DNA of 64,000 nucleotides from a virus: IMG/VR virus record IMGVR_UViG_3300045044_000009, positions 7,446 to 71,445 of that record; one strand, 5' to 3'. Shown piece by piece: positions 63,882 to 64,000 of this stretch (position 1 is its first letter; each line of letters starts with the position of its first letter). The notes under the pieces were generated by a model. It saw only the letters and a program-made list of their open reading frames with translations, ran no database searches and was not told where the DNA came from. The position numbers and the translations under genes were made by a program.

Positions 63882-64000
63882 ATACACCAGAAGGCTGGGA
63901 AAAGATGCGCCGAACCATGGCCACACCCGAGTTCAAGGCCAAACGATCACGGATTTCCCGAGAAGTTCACAATCGTCCCGGCATGAAGGAGCGCAAGTCC
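63878..64000 (+). CDS. Partial ORF, basic helical N-terminus (possibly homing-endonuclease-associated)
   Basis: ATGA-coupled to the RHH gene; MNTPEGWEKMRRTMATPEFKAKRSRISREVHNRPGMKERKS..., runs off the window. Confidence 0.4.
   Translation, partial: MNTPEGWEKMRRTMATPEFKAKRSRISREVHNRPGMKERKS

Overview
The window is about 64 kb of a high-GC tailed dsDNA phage genome with a contractile (myovirus-type) tail. It looks circularly permuted: tail genes lie at the right end, head genes at the left, and the sheath/neck/lysis block is probably outside the window. GcrA-, GapR-, DUF3309- and DUF6456-like genes point to an alphaproteobacterial host. Layout: (i) 1-24.6 kb, minus strand: ParB/SLOG/ATPase-GNAT cluster, terminase, portal, MuF, accessory cargo, DUF2213 protease fusion, scaffold, major capsid, adaptor and a >1260-aa fibre running off the left edge. 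(ii) 25.5-38.8 kb, plus strand: an early region of small genes separated by recurring structured intergenic elements. (iii) 39-46.2 kb, minus strand: replication (initiator with iterons, primase-helicase, RuvC-like, GapR-RMF-like, tandem Cro-like). (iv) 46.3-51.2 kb, plus strand: recombination/regulation (Gam-like, ERF, GcrA). (v) 51.2-64 kb, minus strand: tube, chaperones, tape measure, baseplate, tail fibre. I found no integrase, CI-type repressor, DNA polymerase, tRNA or CRISPR array. The most unusual signals are: a family of at least nine covarying two-hairpin intergenic elements that punctuate the early region like cassette boundaries; a prohead-protease gene fused to ADP-ribosyltransferase and nuclease domains, sharing an HPR linker motif with a neighbouring metallopeptidase; two phage-encoded PEP-CTERM proteins; and an ATPase-GNAT gene overlapping a convergent ASCH gene. 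All family assignments come from motif recognition by eye, not from database searches.
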